From NCBI GenBank assembly GCA_963692865.2, contig OY843592.1, forward strand, positions 704,001 through 768,000: 64,000 nt of DNA, read 5' to 3'. This document shows, piece by piece, positions 45,179 through 55,218 of this stretch (positions are counted from its first letter, which is position 1; the number at the start of each line of letters is the position of its first letter). The position numbers were made by a program, and so were the translations under genes. The DNA is from a bacterium (GTDB lineage: Bacteria; UBA8248). The notes below the pieces were generated by a model. The model was not told the DNA's origin and did not search any database. It saw only the letters and a program-made list of their open reading frames with translations.

Positions 45179-46291
45179 ATGAAGTCTATTCTCATCGCCG
45201 TAATGTTCGCGTTTCTGTTTCTGGCCCCCGCGCACCTCGGCGCGCCCGCGCGCACCTCGGACGGTCTGGTTCTGGCGACACAGGACGCCGAGGCGAGGCG
45301 CTTCGGCGGCTTTCGCTCCTTTGGCTTCCGCGGCTCGCGCGGGTTCGGCAGCTTCGGGCGCAGGGGTTTCTCGAGGCGCTCGTTCGGCGCTCGCCCCCGG
45401 GCGCGCAGCTTCTCACGCAGGCCGCTCCAGAGGTCCTCGTTCCTGGGCGGCGGATTCGGCTCGGGCCTGTTCGCGGGCATCGGCGGGTTCCTGCTGGGCG
45501 GAATGCTGGGGCGCATGATGTTCGGCGGCATGGGCGGGATGGGAATGGGGGGAGGTTTCGGGATTCTCGAGATTCTCCTGATCGGCGGGGTCATCTTCTT
45601 CATCTTCCGGATGATGCGAAACCGCGCCGCCGCCTCCTACCAGGAGCCCCGCTATTCGGGGGACCGCTACGCCGAGGCCGACCCCTACGGCGTGGGGGGC
45701 TACGAGGAGGAGCCGCGCGACACGCACGAAGCGCCCGGCAGACAAGAGAGGTCGGGCGGCGTGTACCGCGGCCCGGACATCGGCGCGGCGGGCGGCGCGA
45801 CCCGTTCGGCAAGCGGCTCCGGCGATAGCCCGCGCCGCGATTCGGCGAGCGATGCCGCGCTGCGGCAGATGGCCGAAGGCGACGCTTCTTTCTCGGAGCA
45901 GGCATTCATCGGTCTGGCGAAGGAGAACTTCATCCGCTTCCAGAACGCCTGGACGGCGCGCGATCTCTCCCCCCTGCGCGACCTGATGGACAAGGAGATT
46001 TACGGCGAGGTCCAGCGCGACATCGAGGGCTTGAGGAGCGAGGGGAAGATCAACAAGCTCGACGACGTGGACGTCAAGAGCGCCGAGATCGTCGAGGCCT
46101 GGAGCGAGGAGGGCTTCGAGTTCATCACCGTGCGCTACGAGGCGAGCCTTTGCGACTACGTGGTGGACGAGCGGAGCGGGGATCTAATCGAGGGCAGCCG
46201 CACGCAGCGCGTGAATTTCGCGGAGCACTGGACGTGGGCGCGGCCCGAGGGGCCGAACCAGTGGTTCCTCTCCGCCATCGAGCAGGCGTGA
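45179..46291 (+). CDS. Tim44-domain protein
   Basis: Signal peptide, ARRFGG Gly/Arg-rich region, GG.LGG TM hairpin, C-terminal FQNAW...EHWTW.R...W.LSAIEQ. Confidence 0.85.
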   Translation: MKSILIAVMFAFLFLAPAHLGAPARTSDGLVLATQDAEARRFGGFRSFGFRGSRGFGSFGRRGFSRRSFGARPRARSFSRRPLQRSSFLGGGFGSGLFAGIGGFLLGGMLGRMMFGGMGGMGMGGGFGILEILLIGGVIFFIFRMMRNRAAASYQEPRYSGDRYAEADPYGVGGYEEEPRDTHEAPGRQERSGGVYRGPDIGAAGGATRSASGSGDSPRRDSASDAALRQMAEGDASFSEQAFIGLAKENFIRFQNAWTARDLSPLRDLMDKEIYGEVQRDIEGLRSEGKINKLDDVDVKSAEIVEAWSEEGFEFITVRYEASLCDYVVDERSGDLIEGSRTQRVNFAEHWTWARPEGPNQWFLSAIEQA

Positions 46292-46304
46292 ATCCGGGAA
46301 AATC

Positions 46305-46667
46305 CTAAGGCGCGGAGACCTCCTCCTCATCGGGGGAGGAAGCTTCTTCCTCCTCCTCGCCGTAGCGCCTCCCGCCTTCCAGATCCTTGAGCGACCACCA
46401 GAAGTAGATGATGCTGCCCATGATGGCCGCCATGACCAAGGCGAAACCCGCCACGAAATACGGGGGCAACAGGGAGCGATAGGTGTAGGGCGGAGCGTTT
46501 GCGCCCGGCGCGGCGGCGGGCGCTTTCGGCGCGGGGGCCTTCGCCTGCGTCATGGCCTGTTCGGCCTGGAACGCCGTGTAGCCCCAATAGATCATCCCGC
46601 CCAGGAGCGCGAGAATCAGGATGGTGCATACGGGCCATTTGAGGCCGGCTTTTTTCGTCTCGCTCAA
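46305..46667 (-). CDS. hypothetical membrane protein (2 TM, acidic tail)
   Basis: Two hydrophobic helices; start overlaps the upstream stop. Confidence 0.65.
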   Translation of the reverse strand: MSETKKAGLKWPVCTILILALLGGMIYWGYTAFQAEQAMTQAKAPAPKAPAAAPGANAPPYTYRSLLPPYFVAGFALVMAAIMGSIIYFWWSLKDLEGGRRYGEEEEEASSPDEEEVSAP

Positions 46668-47614
46668 TTTCTCACCTCGGGTATCACCTCTTCCGCCAGA
46701 AGCGCCATCTGATCCATCTCCTCATCCGCGGGACCCGCGTGCTTGAAGATGAAGTGCGTTGCGCCCGCCTCCTGAAACGCCGCTATCTGCTCCAGGCAGC
46801 GCTCGCGCGGCCCATAGAATAAATACTTTTGGGCGATGCCGTCAAAATCCATGTTGTAGCGCCTCGAGAGATTCCTGATGCCCTCGCGCAGGGCGTGTTC
46901 CTCATCTTCATGAACGTAGATGAACGCGTGGTGCGCGGGCGTCCACGCGCCGCCTTCGATGTCGAGAGGCCTGCCCGCCGCCTCCGCCCATCGTTTCATG
47001 TCTTCCAGCCCCTTGGCGAAGCGCGGCGCCGAGAACATGTAGGAGAGGTAGCCCTCGCACGTGAGCGCCGCTCTTTTGCGGGCGGCGTCGCTGCGGCCCC
47101 CCACCCAGATGGGCGGCCCGCCGGGCGTCAGCGGGGCGGGCGTCTGGCGCGCGTCCTCGAAACGCCAGAAGCGACCCTCGTGGCTCACGGCCTCGCCGCT
47201 CCAGAGTTTTCGCACGATTTCGATGGACTCGTCCGTCCGCGCGCCGCGCTCATTGACGGGCACGCCGCAAAGCTCGAACTCGGTCTTTCCCTCGCCCCCC
47301 ACGCCGACGCCGAAGACGAAGCGCCCGCCGCCCGTCAGATAGTCCACCGTGGCCGCGGTCTTGGCGGCGATGGCGGGGCGTCTCAGCGGCAGGAGGTAGA
47401 CGCCCGTCCCCAGTGTGATGCGGCCGGTGCGGGCCGCGAAGGCGGCCAGCGTGGTGAGGCTCTCGGTGTAGTGGCCGTAGAAGGAGACGTGATCGCCTAT
47501 CCACAGGGAATCATATCCCAGCGCTTCGGCGGATTCGGCGAACGCATACGTTTCCTCGGGCGTGTAGATGCGCTCGGGGTGCATGCCGAAGCTGACGCCG
47601 AATTTCGTCTTCAT
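46664..47614 (-). CDS. LLM-class flavin/F420-dependent oxidoreductase
   Basis: AEALGYDSLWIGDH, LGTGV, GVGVG, GPPIWVGG. Confidence 0.9.
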   Translation of the reverse strand: MKTKFGVSFGMHPERIYTPEETYAFAESAEALGYDSLWIGDHVSFYGHYTESLTTLAAFAARTGRITLGTGVYLLPLRRPAIAAKTAATVDYLTGGGRFVFGVGVGGEGKTEFELCGVPVNERGARTDESIEIVRKLWSGEAVSHEGRFWRFEDARQTPAPLTPGGPPIWVGGRSDAARKRAALTCEGYLSYMFSAPRFAKGLEDMKRWAEAAGRPLDIEGGAWTPAHHAFIYVHEDEEHALREGIRNLSRRYNMDFDGIAQKYLFYGPRERCLEQIAAFQEAGATHFIFKHAGPADEEMDQMALLAEEVIPEVRN

Positions 47615-47832
47615 CCCTGGCTTCCTCGTTCCTGAGATTGATCGCAGCCCATACGGCCCCGTGAATAATGCTGTGGAAACTAGAGCACCCGCCCGCCCCG
47701 GTCAACTCACCCGCCCGAAAAGCCGGAGCGGGAGTGAATATTTAATACGACATCCACCAGTAGGGGGGGGTCGCGAACCGCCACTACTGCTACGGCGACC
47801 AACGTGAGAGCAAGAACCACTTCCCCCTTGAG

Positions 47833-48111
47833 GGGGTTGTTGAAAAAGTTCTCCTCGCTCGGAATTGGCCACCGCCGTCATTCCGGCGAAAGCCGGAATC
47901 CATTTTCAAGCAGAATGACAATGCTCCGGCTTTTCATCTCCCCGTCATTGGTGAGAACCAATTAGAAAAAACAAAGGCAAAGTCAAAATGGATTCCGGCT
48001 TTCGCCGGAATGACGAACAAAACCCCGCCAACTCTTGTAAGGACAGGTCGCGACCTGTCCCTAGAAACCACCTACTTGCAGGCTCCCCTTAAGGGCTTTT
48101 TCAACAACCCC
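47833..48111. mobile_element. MITE-like element, copy 4
   Basis: Same TIR family; inverted repeat extends to a perfect 25 bp (47824-47848 / 48096-48120). Internal inverted pair GTCATTCCGGCGAAAGCCGGAATCCATTT (47877-47905, 47986-48014). No direct-repeat TSD visible. Confidence 0.7.
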
Positions 48112-48247
48112 CTCAAGGGGTGAGTGATTATTTTGCGCTCCGGAAGAGGGGAATGCCGTCTCCTGCCTCCCCGGCAAGCTAACCCGCCCGAATCGCCGAA
48201 ACGCGCGAGCGGGGGCTTCGCAAATTGTTTATTGTTCCGGTTTTGTT

Positions 48248-48276
48248 TTGACAGCCTCGATGCGCGACCTTAATAT
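48248..48276 (+). promoter_or_regulatory. candidate sigma70 promoter
   Basis: TTGACA-17 nt-TAATAT, about 55 nt upstream of the next start codon. Confidence 0.55.
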
Positions 48277-48330
48277 CCCCCTCGCCGCTGTTCTCATCGT
48301 TTCGTGTCGTTTTCCTGAAAGGGGTTTTCC

Positions 48331-49644
48331 GTGGTCGAGGTAAGGGCGTTTCGCGCGCTGAGGTATTCGAACGTCGCACCCGAAGAGATGGGAGAGGTCT
48401 CCTCCCCGCCTTATGACGTCTTTACGCCCGATATGAGACGCGCGTTTTACGAGCGACACCCCCTGAACATCGTGCGGCTGATTCAGGGCGAGATCCTGGA
48501 TGGCGAGGACGGGGACGCGGGCCGCGTGGGCCGCGCGGTCGAGCATCTCGAAAACTGGCGCGCGAGCGGAGCGATGGCGCTGGACGATACGCCCGCGCTC
48601 TACCCCTACCGCCAGCGCTTCTATCTTCCCGATGGAACGCGCCTGGAGCGGAACGCGTTTTTCGCAGTGGTGAAGCTCGAACCCTACGGCGCGGGCGAAA
48701 TCCACCCCCATGAGCAGACCTTCCCCAAGCCCAAGGGCTACCTGTTCGACCTGTGGGGGCGGAGCGGCGCGCACCTGGGGCCGATCTTCGGCTTCTACGA
48801 CGAATCCCGGGAAACGGCGAACAGGGCCCTCAAGAGCGCGGACAAGGGCGCGCCCATCGCCGATTTCGAGGACGACGGCGTGCGCCACACGCTGTGGCGG
48901 TGCGATGACGCGCAAGTCATCGCGCTCGCGCAGGAATCGCTCCAGGACAAGGAGGTGTTCATCGCCGACGGCCACCACCGCTACGAAACCTCCCTGGACT
49001 TGCGGGACGCCGCCCGCTTGGGGGGCGCTCCCGAAGGCGCTGAGGCGGATTACACGCTCATGTGCCTCGCCAACGTCGCGGACCCGGGCATGGTGATTCT
49101 GCCCACCTACAGACTCCTCAAGAAAGTTTCCGCAACGACCGAAGAAGCCCTCGCGGCCCTCGCCGGGAAATACGACATCGTGGAAGAGGCCGCGCCCGAG
49201 GCGGGCGCCGGCAGTCGGGTAGCGGAGCGTCTGGCGGCGTTATCCGGAGAAAACGGGGGAGCAAGCGTGTTTTGTCTCTATGACGGCGGAGCGAGCGTCC
49301 GCTATCTCATCGGCAGGCATAGCGGCGATGCCGCCTCCGTGGATGAGGCTGTCGCGGCGCTCGACGTGAGCCGCTTGCATAAAGATATCGTGGACGGCGC
49401 GTACGGCGCGTCTCACGAGGAAGGAGACATCGCTTTCACGCCCGATCCGGAGTTTGCGCTCTCCTGCGCCAGGAGCGGGGAGTGCGCGGCGGCCATTTTG
49501 CTGAACCCCACGCCCCTCGAATCGGTATGCAATATCGCCAAGGCGGGCGGCAAGATGCCGCACAAGTCCACCTATTTCTATCCCAAGATACGCACCGGCC
49601 TCGTCGTTCACGCATTCGCTCCCCCGGCGGGGGATTCGGCCTGA
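48331..49644 (+). CDS. DUF1015 family protein
   Basis: PPYDV, PHEQT, IADGHHRYET, MPHKSTYFYPK. Confidence 0.9.
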   Translation: MVEVRAFRALRYSNVAPEEMGEVSSPPYDVFTPDMRRAFYERHPLNIVRLIQGEILDGEDGDAGRVGRAVEHLENWRASGAMALDDTPALYPYRQRFYLPDGTRLERNAFFAVVKLEPYGAGEIHPHEQTFPKPKGYLFDLWGRSGAHLGPIFGFYDESRETANRALKSADKGAPIADFEDDGVRHTLWRCDDAQVIALAQESLQDKEVFIADGHHRYETSLDLRDAARLGGAPEGAEADYTLMCLANVADPGMVILPTYRLLKKVSATTEEALAALAGKYDIVEEAAPEAGAGSRVAERLAALSGENGGASVFCLYDGGASVRYLIGRHSGDAASVDEAVAALDVSRLHKDIVDGAYGASHEEGDIAFTPDPEFALSCARSGECAAAILLNPTPLESVCNIAKAGGKMPHKSTYFYPKIRTGLVVHAFAPPAGDSA

Positions 49645-49654
49645 CGCCCGCGGC

Positions 49655-50281
49655 ATGAGAATCCAGAACGCACGGTTCATCAAAAGCGCCGCCGAGCGGG
49701 CGGGCTGGCCGAGGGCGGATCTGCCCGAGGTCGCCTTCGCGGGAAGGAGCAACGTGGGCAAATCCTCGCTCATCAATTTTCTGACCAACCGCAAGAGTCT
49801 CGCCAAAACGAGCGCCACGCCGGGCAAGACGCAACTCGTCAATTTTTTCGGCGTCGATGATCGCTTCAACCTCGTGGACTTGCCGGGCTACGGCTACGCG
49901 CGGGTGCCGCTTGCCGAAAGGGCCCGCTGGCGGCCCATGATCGAGACCTATCTCGAACACCGGGAGACGCTCCAGGGCGTGGTGGTGCTCATCGATTCGC
50001 GCCGGGGGGCGCGGGAGATGGATTTGCACCTGCTCGAATGGCTCGCGGCGGTGAACCTGCCGGCCTGTCTGGCGCTCACGAAGGCGGACAAGCTGAAACA
50101 GAACGAGCGCAGAGGCGTTCTGGACGCGCTCGTCAAAACCATGGTTGACGGGGGAGGGCTGTACGGCCACTGGTCCGGCCCGATTCTTTGCAGCGCGAAC
50201 ACGGGGCTCGGCAAGCGGGAGATTCTTGCCCAGATGGCCGAGTGGCTGAGCGAGCCGCCCCGCGACGCGCCCGCCGCCTGA
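49655..50281 (+). CDS. engB: ribosome biogenesis GTP-binding protein YihA/YsxC
   Basis: GRSNVGKSS, PGKTQ, DLPGYG, TKADK. Confidence 0.96.
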   Translation: MRIQNARFIKSAAERAGWPRADLPEVAFAGRSNVGKSSLINFLTNRKSLAKTSATPGKTQLVNFFGVDDRFNLVDLPGYGYARVPLAERARWRPMIETYLEHRETLQGVVVLIDSRRGAREMDLHLLEWLAAVNLPACLALTKADKLKQNERRGVLDALVKTMVDGGGLYGHWSGPILCSANTGLGKREILAQMAEWLSEPPRDAPAA

Positions 50282-50403
50282 GTTCTGAGGGGAGGTTTCT
50301 CGCAGCATGCGCGCATATCTGCTAGAGTGGGCAATCGACCGCCTGAAAGAGCGTTCCGACAAAAAAACAGCGCCCTTGCGCAACGAATCTAAAGAGGACG
50401 AGC

Positions 50404-51408
50404 GTGCCGGAGAAGAAAAAAGCGGCTCCCAGGGCAACCGCGAAAAAGAAAGCGGCGAAGCCAAAAGCTGACGTGCGCGGCTGGGCGCCGGGGGTTCCGC
50501 AAGAAAAACCGAAGGGCAGGACCTATGACGGCCCCCTGAACGTGAACGCGAAGCCCAGGCGGGCGGACAGGATTTTCTTCGGCACGGGCGGCGTCCCGCA
50601 TTCGGCCAAGCCGCAGACCCACCCGGCGGCGGTGCGCAGGCTTCATGAGTTGGGCCTCGGCGTCTACGAGATGGAGTTCGTCCACGGCGTACGCATCAGG
50701 GAGGAGACCTGCGATGAGGTGAGGGCCGCCCAGGCGGAGACGGGCGTTCAGGTCACCGCGCACGGCCCCTATTACGTGAACCTTTATTCGCTGGAAGAAG
50801 AAAAGGTGGCGGCGAGCCGAAAGCGCGTGCTCGACACCGCGCGCGCCCTGGCGAAATGCGGGGGCGACGGCGCGTGCTTTCACCCGGGTTTTTACCAGAA
50901 ACGAGACCCCAGGGAGGTCTACGACTTCATCTGCAACCAGATAGGAGAACTCGCCGACATCCTGGAGGATGAGGGTTGTCCGGTTCGCCTTGATCCGGAG
51001 ACGACGGGCAAGGGCACCCAGTTCGGTTCGCTCGAGGAAATCGCCGATATGGGCGGCACGCTCAAGGATAAGAACGTCGGCTTCACGATAGATTTTGCGC
51101 ACATCCATGCGCGCTCGGCGGGGGCGCACAACACGTACGATGAGTTCGGCGCGCAATTGGAACTCCTCAAGAACAAGATGGGCGACGACGTTCTCAAGAC
51201 CATGCACATTCACCTCTCGGGCATCGCGTATTCGGACAAGGGCGAGGCGCATCATTTGGAGCTCGACGAGTCGGACATGAATTACAAGGACTTGTTCCGC
51301 GCGCTCATCGATTTCGGCGCCGAAGGCAGGGTGGTGTGCGAGAGTCCGGCGCTCGAATACGACGCGCTCATCATGCAGCGAGCATACAGAAAGCTGAACG
51401 GCGGCTAG
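50404..51408 (+). CDS. nfo: endonuclease IV family TIM-barrel protein (archaeal-type)
   Basis: FGTGGVP, HGPYYVNL, FHPG, ETTGK..QFGS, IDFAH, HIHLSGI, CESP. Confidence 0.8.
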   Translation: MPEKKKAAPRATAKKKAAKPKADVRGWAPGVPQEKPKGRTYDGPLNVNAKPRRADRIFFGTGGVPHSAKPQTHPAAVRRLHELGLGVYEMEFVHGVRIREETCDEVRAAQAETGVQVTAHGPYYVNLYSLEEEKVAASRKRVLDTARALAKCGGDGACFHPGFYQKRDPREVYDFICNQIGELADILEDEGCPVRLDPETTGKGTQFGSLEEIADMGGTLKDKNVGFTIDFAHIHARSAGAHNTYDEFGAQLELLKNKMGDDVLKTMHIHLSGIAYSDKGEAHHLELDESDMNYKDLFRALIDFGAEGRVVCESPALEYDALIMQRAYRKLNGG

Positions 51409-51494
51409 CCCGCGCGCATCCTCTCTCGCGGGGATTCGGTGCATGCCGGGCGAGTGAATTCCCTTACAATCCGGTTCGAAGAAGGAAAGACGAC

Positions 51495-52865
51495 ATGACG
51501 ATTGTGGAGCAAATGGCGGCGTTTGCCGCGAACAGCAGTTTCGATGACCTCACCGACGAGATGCGCACCCAGATGAAGACCCTCATGGTCGACACCATCG
51601 GGTGCGCCATCGGCTCGCTGGGCGAAGGCCCCGTCCGCTACCTGCGCGAGCAGGCGGATGATTTCGGCGGCGCGCCGCATTGCACGCTCATCGGCGGCGG
51701 CAAGAGCGCGCCCGACGCCGCGGCCTTCTACAACACCTCGCTCATCCGCTATCTCGATTTCAACGACGGCTTCATGGGCAAGCTCGCCACCTCGCATCCG
51801 AGTGACAACACGGGCGCCGTGATGGCGGCGGCCGAATACGCCGACGCGAGCGGAGCGGACTTCATGACGGCGCTCGCCCTCTCGTATGAGGTGCAGTGCC
51901 GTCTCTGCGACAGCGCCCCCTATGAGAAAAGAGGCTTCGACCAGCCCATGGCCGGCGCCTACGCCGTGGCGGCGGGCGCCTCGCGCGCCCTGGGGCTGGA
52001 CGCGGAGAAGACGGCCAACGCCGTCGCGATCAGCGGCGTGCGCCAGAACCCCCTGCTCATCACGCGCACGGGCGAGCTCTCCCACTGGAAGGGCTTCGCC
52101 TATGCGGCGGGCTGCCACACCGGGGTGCACTCGACGTTTCTCGCCATGCGCGGGGTGACGGGGCAGCTCCTGCTGATGGAAGGCCCCCTGGGCGTTTTCG
52201 AGTCCGTGACGGGAGAGTTCGAGGTCGACTGGTCGGACACTTCCTTGAGCAAGATGCTCGAGATCAGCGTGAAGCGCTACAACGCGGGCCTTCACTCCCA
52301 GACGGCCATCGAGGGCGTCATCGGCATGAAGCGCGCGCACGGCTTCCGTCCCGAGGAGGTCGAGGACGTCGAGATCGGGATCTACGAGCGCGCCTACTTC
52401 ATCATGGGCGGGGGCAAGGCGGGCGCGCGCGAGCACGTGCTGAACAAGGAGACGGCGGACCACAGCCTCCCCTACGTGCTCGCAGCCGCCATCATCGACG
52501 AGCAGGTGCTGCCCGCCCAGTACGAGGAGGCGAGAATCCGCGCGGACGACGTGCAGGCGCTGCTCAAAAAAGTGCGCACCACCAACTCCGATGAGATGAC
52601 GGCCAGGTATCCCGCCCAATCGCCCGTACTCATCACCATCACGCTCAAGGACGGGAGCGTCCACAAGCTGGACAAGCCCGCCTGGGAGGGGCATTTCTCG
52701 ACCCCGATGAGCTGGGCGACGGTGAACGAGAAGTTCGAGGCATTGAGCGAGGCGCACGCGGACGCCTCGTTGCGCGGGGAGATCGTGGACGCCGTATCGA
52801 GGCTCGATTCGATACGGATCAAGGAGCTGACGGCCCTGCTCGAGCGGGTGAACACGCCGAAGTAG
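51495..52865 (+). CDS. MmgE/PrpD family protein
   Basis: RYLDFND, HPSDN, ELSHWKG, ETADHSLPY. Confidence 0.92.
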   Translation: MTIVEQMAAFAANSSFDDLTDEMRTQMKTLMVDTIGCAIGSLGEGPVRYLREQADDFGGAPHCTLIGGGKSAPDAAAFYNTSLIRYLDFNDGFMGKLATSHPSDNTGAVMAAAEYADASGADFMTALALSYEVQCRLCDSAPYEKRGFDQPMAGAYAVAAGASRALGLDAEKTANAVAISGVRQNPLLITRTGELSHWKGFAYAAGCHTGVHSTFLAMRGVTGQLLLMEGPLGVFESVTGEFEVDWSDTSLSKMLEISVKRYNAGLHSQTAIEGVIGMKRAHGFRPEEVEDVEIGIYERAYFIMGGGKAGAREHVLNKETADHSLPYVLAAAIIDEQVLPAQYEEARIRADDVQALLKKVRTTNSDEMTARYPAQSPVLITITLKDGSVHKLDKPAWEGHFSTPMSWATVNEKFEALSEAHADASLRGEIVDAVSRLDSIRIKELTALLERVNTPK

Positions 52866-53015
52866 GCGGCTGTTGAATAAGTCCTGGTTTCGTGATTTGG
52901 TGTATGCAGGTGGCCGACGAGACAGGAGACGATACTCCCCCTTGAGGGTCGGGCATCCCGAGGGAAATGCTCAGATGAGCAAAAAGCCTTCGAACCTTCC
53001 AAAAGTGGGTGGAAT

Positions 53016-53978
53016 GTGAGCGACAAGAACCTGCAAGCGATATCATCTGCAAGTCGTCAGATTGCGCTTGTCGGGCGTTCCGGACAACCGTCTCCACAAG
53101 TAGGGAACGAATCGCAAGAACCTCATGTTCGAGTTGACTCGTTGAACAGAGCGCCATTCGAGGCTATTTCTCGCCCAATGGTGATTTGTGGCGATGCCAC
53201 GCAAGCTCTGAAGCTTCTCCCTGAAAAGTCCATTCAAACGGTTGTCACGTCACCGCCCTATTGGTCATTGCGCGATTACGGGGTTGAGGAACAGATTGGG
53301 CGGGACGACAGTCTGCGGAGCTATGTCAAGAGCATCGTTTGCACCTTCGAGCAGATAAGGCGCGTCTTGCGCGACGATGGCACTGTTTGGCTGAACGTTG
53401 GTGATTCCTACACATCCGGCAACCGGAGATATCGTGCGCCAGATCGGAAAAACCGTGCACGCGCCATGTCAGTGCGACCGCCTACGCCAGAAGGACTGAA
53501 ACCAAAAGACTTGATAGGTGTTCCTTGGAGATTGGCGTTCGCTCTGCAAGATGCGGGTTGGTGGGTACGAAGTGAAGTCATATGGCACAAGCCGAATGCC
53601 CATCCGGAGTCCGTTCGAGACCGACCGACCAAAGCTCATGAGACGGTTTTCCTCTTGTCAAAGGACAAGGGCTATTACTACGACCACGAAATCGTCAAGG
53701 GGCCGCGCGACCGTCGCCTGCGAACGGTTTGGGAGATTCCCACTGAACCGGTGAAGCGCGTGAATGGGAAAGCAGATGACCATCCCGCGATGATGCCTCT
53801 CACGCTTGCTCGATGCTGTGTAGCCATTACAAGCCGCGATGACAGTATCGTACTCGACCCGTATGCGGGTTCGGGAACAACGCTTCTGGCGGCGCGTGAA
53901 CTCGGGCGAAGGTGGGTTGGGATTGAAATCAAGCCCGCTTTCGTGGACCTGATTGAACGGCGGTTGTGCGTGTCATGA
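53016..53978 (+). CDS. beta-class amino-DNA methyltransferase (probable N4-cytosine, M.SmaI/M.Cfr9I-like)
   Basis: Motif IV TSPPY precedes motif I DPYAGSGTT; KPKDLIGVPWRLAFALQ; visibly lower GC than flanks. Confidence 0.9.
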   Translation: MSDKNLQAISSASRQIALVGRSGQPSPQVGNESQEPHVRVDSLNRAPFEAISRPMVICGDATQALKLLPEKSIQTVVTSPPYWSLRDYGVEEQIGRDDSLRSYVKSIVCTFEQIRRVLRDDGTVWLNVGDSYTSGNRRYRAPDRKNRARAMSVRPPTPEGLKPKDLIGVPWRLAFALQDAGWWVRSEVIWHKPNAHPESVRDRPTKAHETVFLLSKDKGYYYDHEIVKGPRDRRLRTVWEIPTEPVKRVNGKADDHPAMMPLTLARCCVAITSRDDSIVLDPYAGSGTTLLAARELGRRWVGIEIKPAFVDLIERRLCVS

Positions 53979-54730
53979 CGCTCGATGAACTCAAGGCGAC
54001 TCTCGATTCGTTCTCACCGGTCAAGATCGAATTCGTTGCAAGGGTTATGGAATCTTTGGCGAATCCTCCGAGTGCTAACATTCGATCCAGAGGAACATGG
54101 CTGACAAGCGAGCCGGACTGGATTGAATACTTCGGGCTTGCTTTATCGGTTCACCATGGAGCTACTACTGAGCCGCTGGGGCTCTCGTCGTTTGAGGCGG
54201 TGTTCAGAAACGCTTGTGAGCACCTTGGCTGGCCGATTGATCCTCCGGGCTCACGAACCCGGCGATTCGTTGATATGGTCGTTCGGCCTAAGTCAGGCAA
54301 CCGTCGGCGATTGTCTCTAAAGTCCACTGCCGCCAAGAACTTATCCAGGACAACGTTGCATATTTCCAAACTGACGGAGGCAGCATGGGTTCAGGACGCA
54401 CGTACCGCCAGAGATCGACGAGCCCGTACACTTGAGTTATTCAGGGAATACCAGAGGGCCGTTAAGCAGATAGTCATGCTCCGTGCGTTTCGGGAAGACA
54501 TTGGCAAGATACCGTATAAGTATCAGCTCGTTGAGGTTCCAGTCCGCATCTTTGATTCCATTCAGGAGGTACCGCTGAGAGTCTTTGAACGGGATGCGCC
54601 AGTAATCGAATGTACCGTTGGAGATCGCGTGGTGGCAGTTGTGGCCATCGACCGGTCCGATGCAAAGATTACAGTCCGGCGAGTTCAACTTTCTGCCTGC
54701 ACCGTTCATGTGGAATGGGATAGAGCGTAA
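53975..54730 (+). CDS. putative type II restriction endonuclease, SmaI-like
   Basis: ATGA overlap with the MTase. Blocks HH...FE, SRT...D, LKSTAAKNLS...HISK, YQLVEVP and C.VH..WD recall R.SmaI (from memory, not searched). Confidence 0.7.
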   Translation: MTLDELKATLDSFSPVKIEFVARVMESLANPPSANIRSRGTWLTSEPDWIEYFGLALSVHHGATTEPLGLSSFEAVFRNACEHLGWPIDPPGSRTRRFVDMVVRPKSGNRRRLSLKSTAAKNLSRTTLHISKLTEAAWVQDARTARDRRARTLELFREYQRAVKQIVMLRAFREDIGKIPYKYQLVEVPVRIFDSIQEVPLRVFERDAPVIECTVGDRVVAVVAIDRSDAKITVRRVQLSACTVHVEWDRA

Positions 54731-54972
54731 CGGGGGACGTAGTGCCAGTGAAGTCCGCCGGCGCATCGGCGGGGAATGAAACGCCGCCGTTTATTCACCC
54801 GCACCCGCAAATGGATTCCGGCTTTCGCCGGAATGACGGCAGTGGTCGATTCCGACCGATGAGGGGTTTTTCAACAACCCCGGGTAGCGGAGATTCACGC
54901 CCGGAGCGATATTGAAAATGAAGCGCGTCCTGCCGCCGGGCGGTTCTTGTGGTTTTTAAGGGAGATTTGCCG

Positions 54973-55218
54973 ATGTCGGACGCAGAAGTGACGGTCTATT
55001 CGTCCACGTTCTGAGCGCCGTGCAAGGCGGTGAAAGAGTTTCTTTCCCATCACGGCGTGGCGTATACGGAAAAACTCGTTGATCAGGACGAGGAAGCCCT
55101 GGAGGAACTCTTCCGGCGGGCGAACATGCGGGCCACGCCCGTCATATTCATCGGCGAGGAGAAAGTGGTCGGTTTCGACCGGGCGAAGCTCCAGGCGCTT
55201 TTGGGGCTCGCCGCGTGA
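54973..55218 (+). CDS. NrdH/glutaredoxin-like selenoprotein (UxxC), 81 aa
   Basis: RBS AAGGGAG; MSDAEVTVYSSTF-TGA(55012-55014)-APCKAVKEFL...ATPVIFIGEEKVVGFD. The track ORF 55030..55218 lacks the active site. Confidence 0.88.
55012..55058 (+). promoter_or_regulatory. candidate bacterial SECIS hairpin
   Basis: GCGCCGUG (55015-55022) pairs with CACGGCGU (55051-55058); apical stem GAAAG/CUUUC closes loop AGUUU about 22 nt after the UGA. Confidence 0.65.

Larger units (their letters stand above)
52866..54881. mobile_element. about 2-kb segment bounded by MITE-family ends and carrying an R-M pair
   Basis: Degenerate left TIR GCGGCTGTTGAATAAG (52866) with subterminal similarity to 61183-61220. Right TIR TTTTTCAACAACCCC (54867-54881) with subterminal similarity to 47855-47905 inverted. 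No clean TSD. Confidence 0.55.

Noticed and set aside
45295-45560. Gly/Arg/Phe-rich repetitive stretch
   Set aside because: Low-complexity N-terminal region typical of Tim44-domain proteins, not a DNA repeat element.
47640-47820. Possible tRNA-Sec or other structured RNA in intergenic DNA
   Set aside because: No cloverleaf, UCA anticodon arm or recognisable riboswitch consensus was found by eye here or in other gaps; a covariance-model scan would be needed to be sure.
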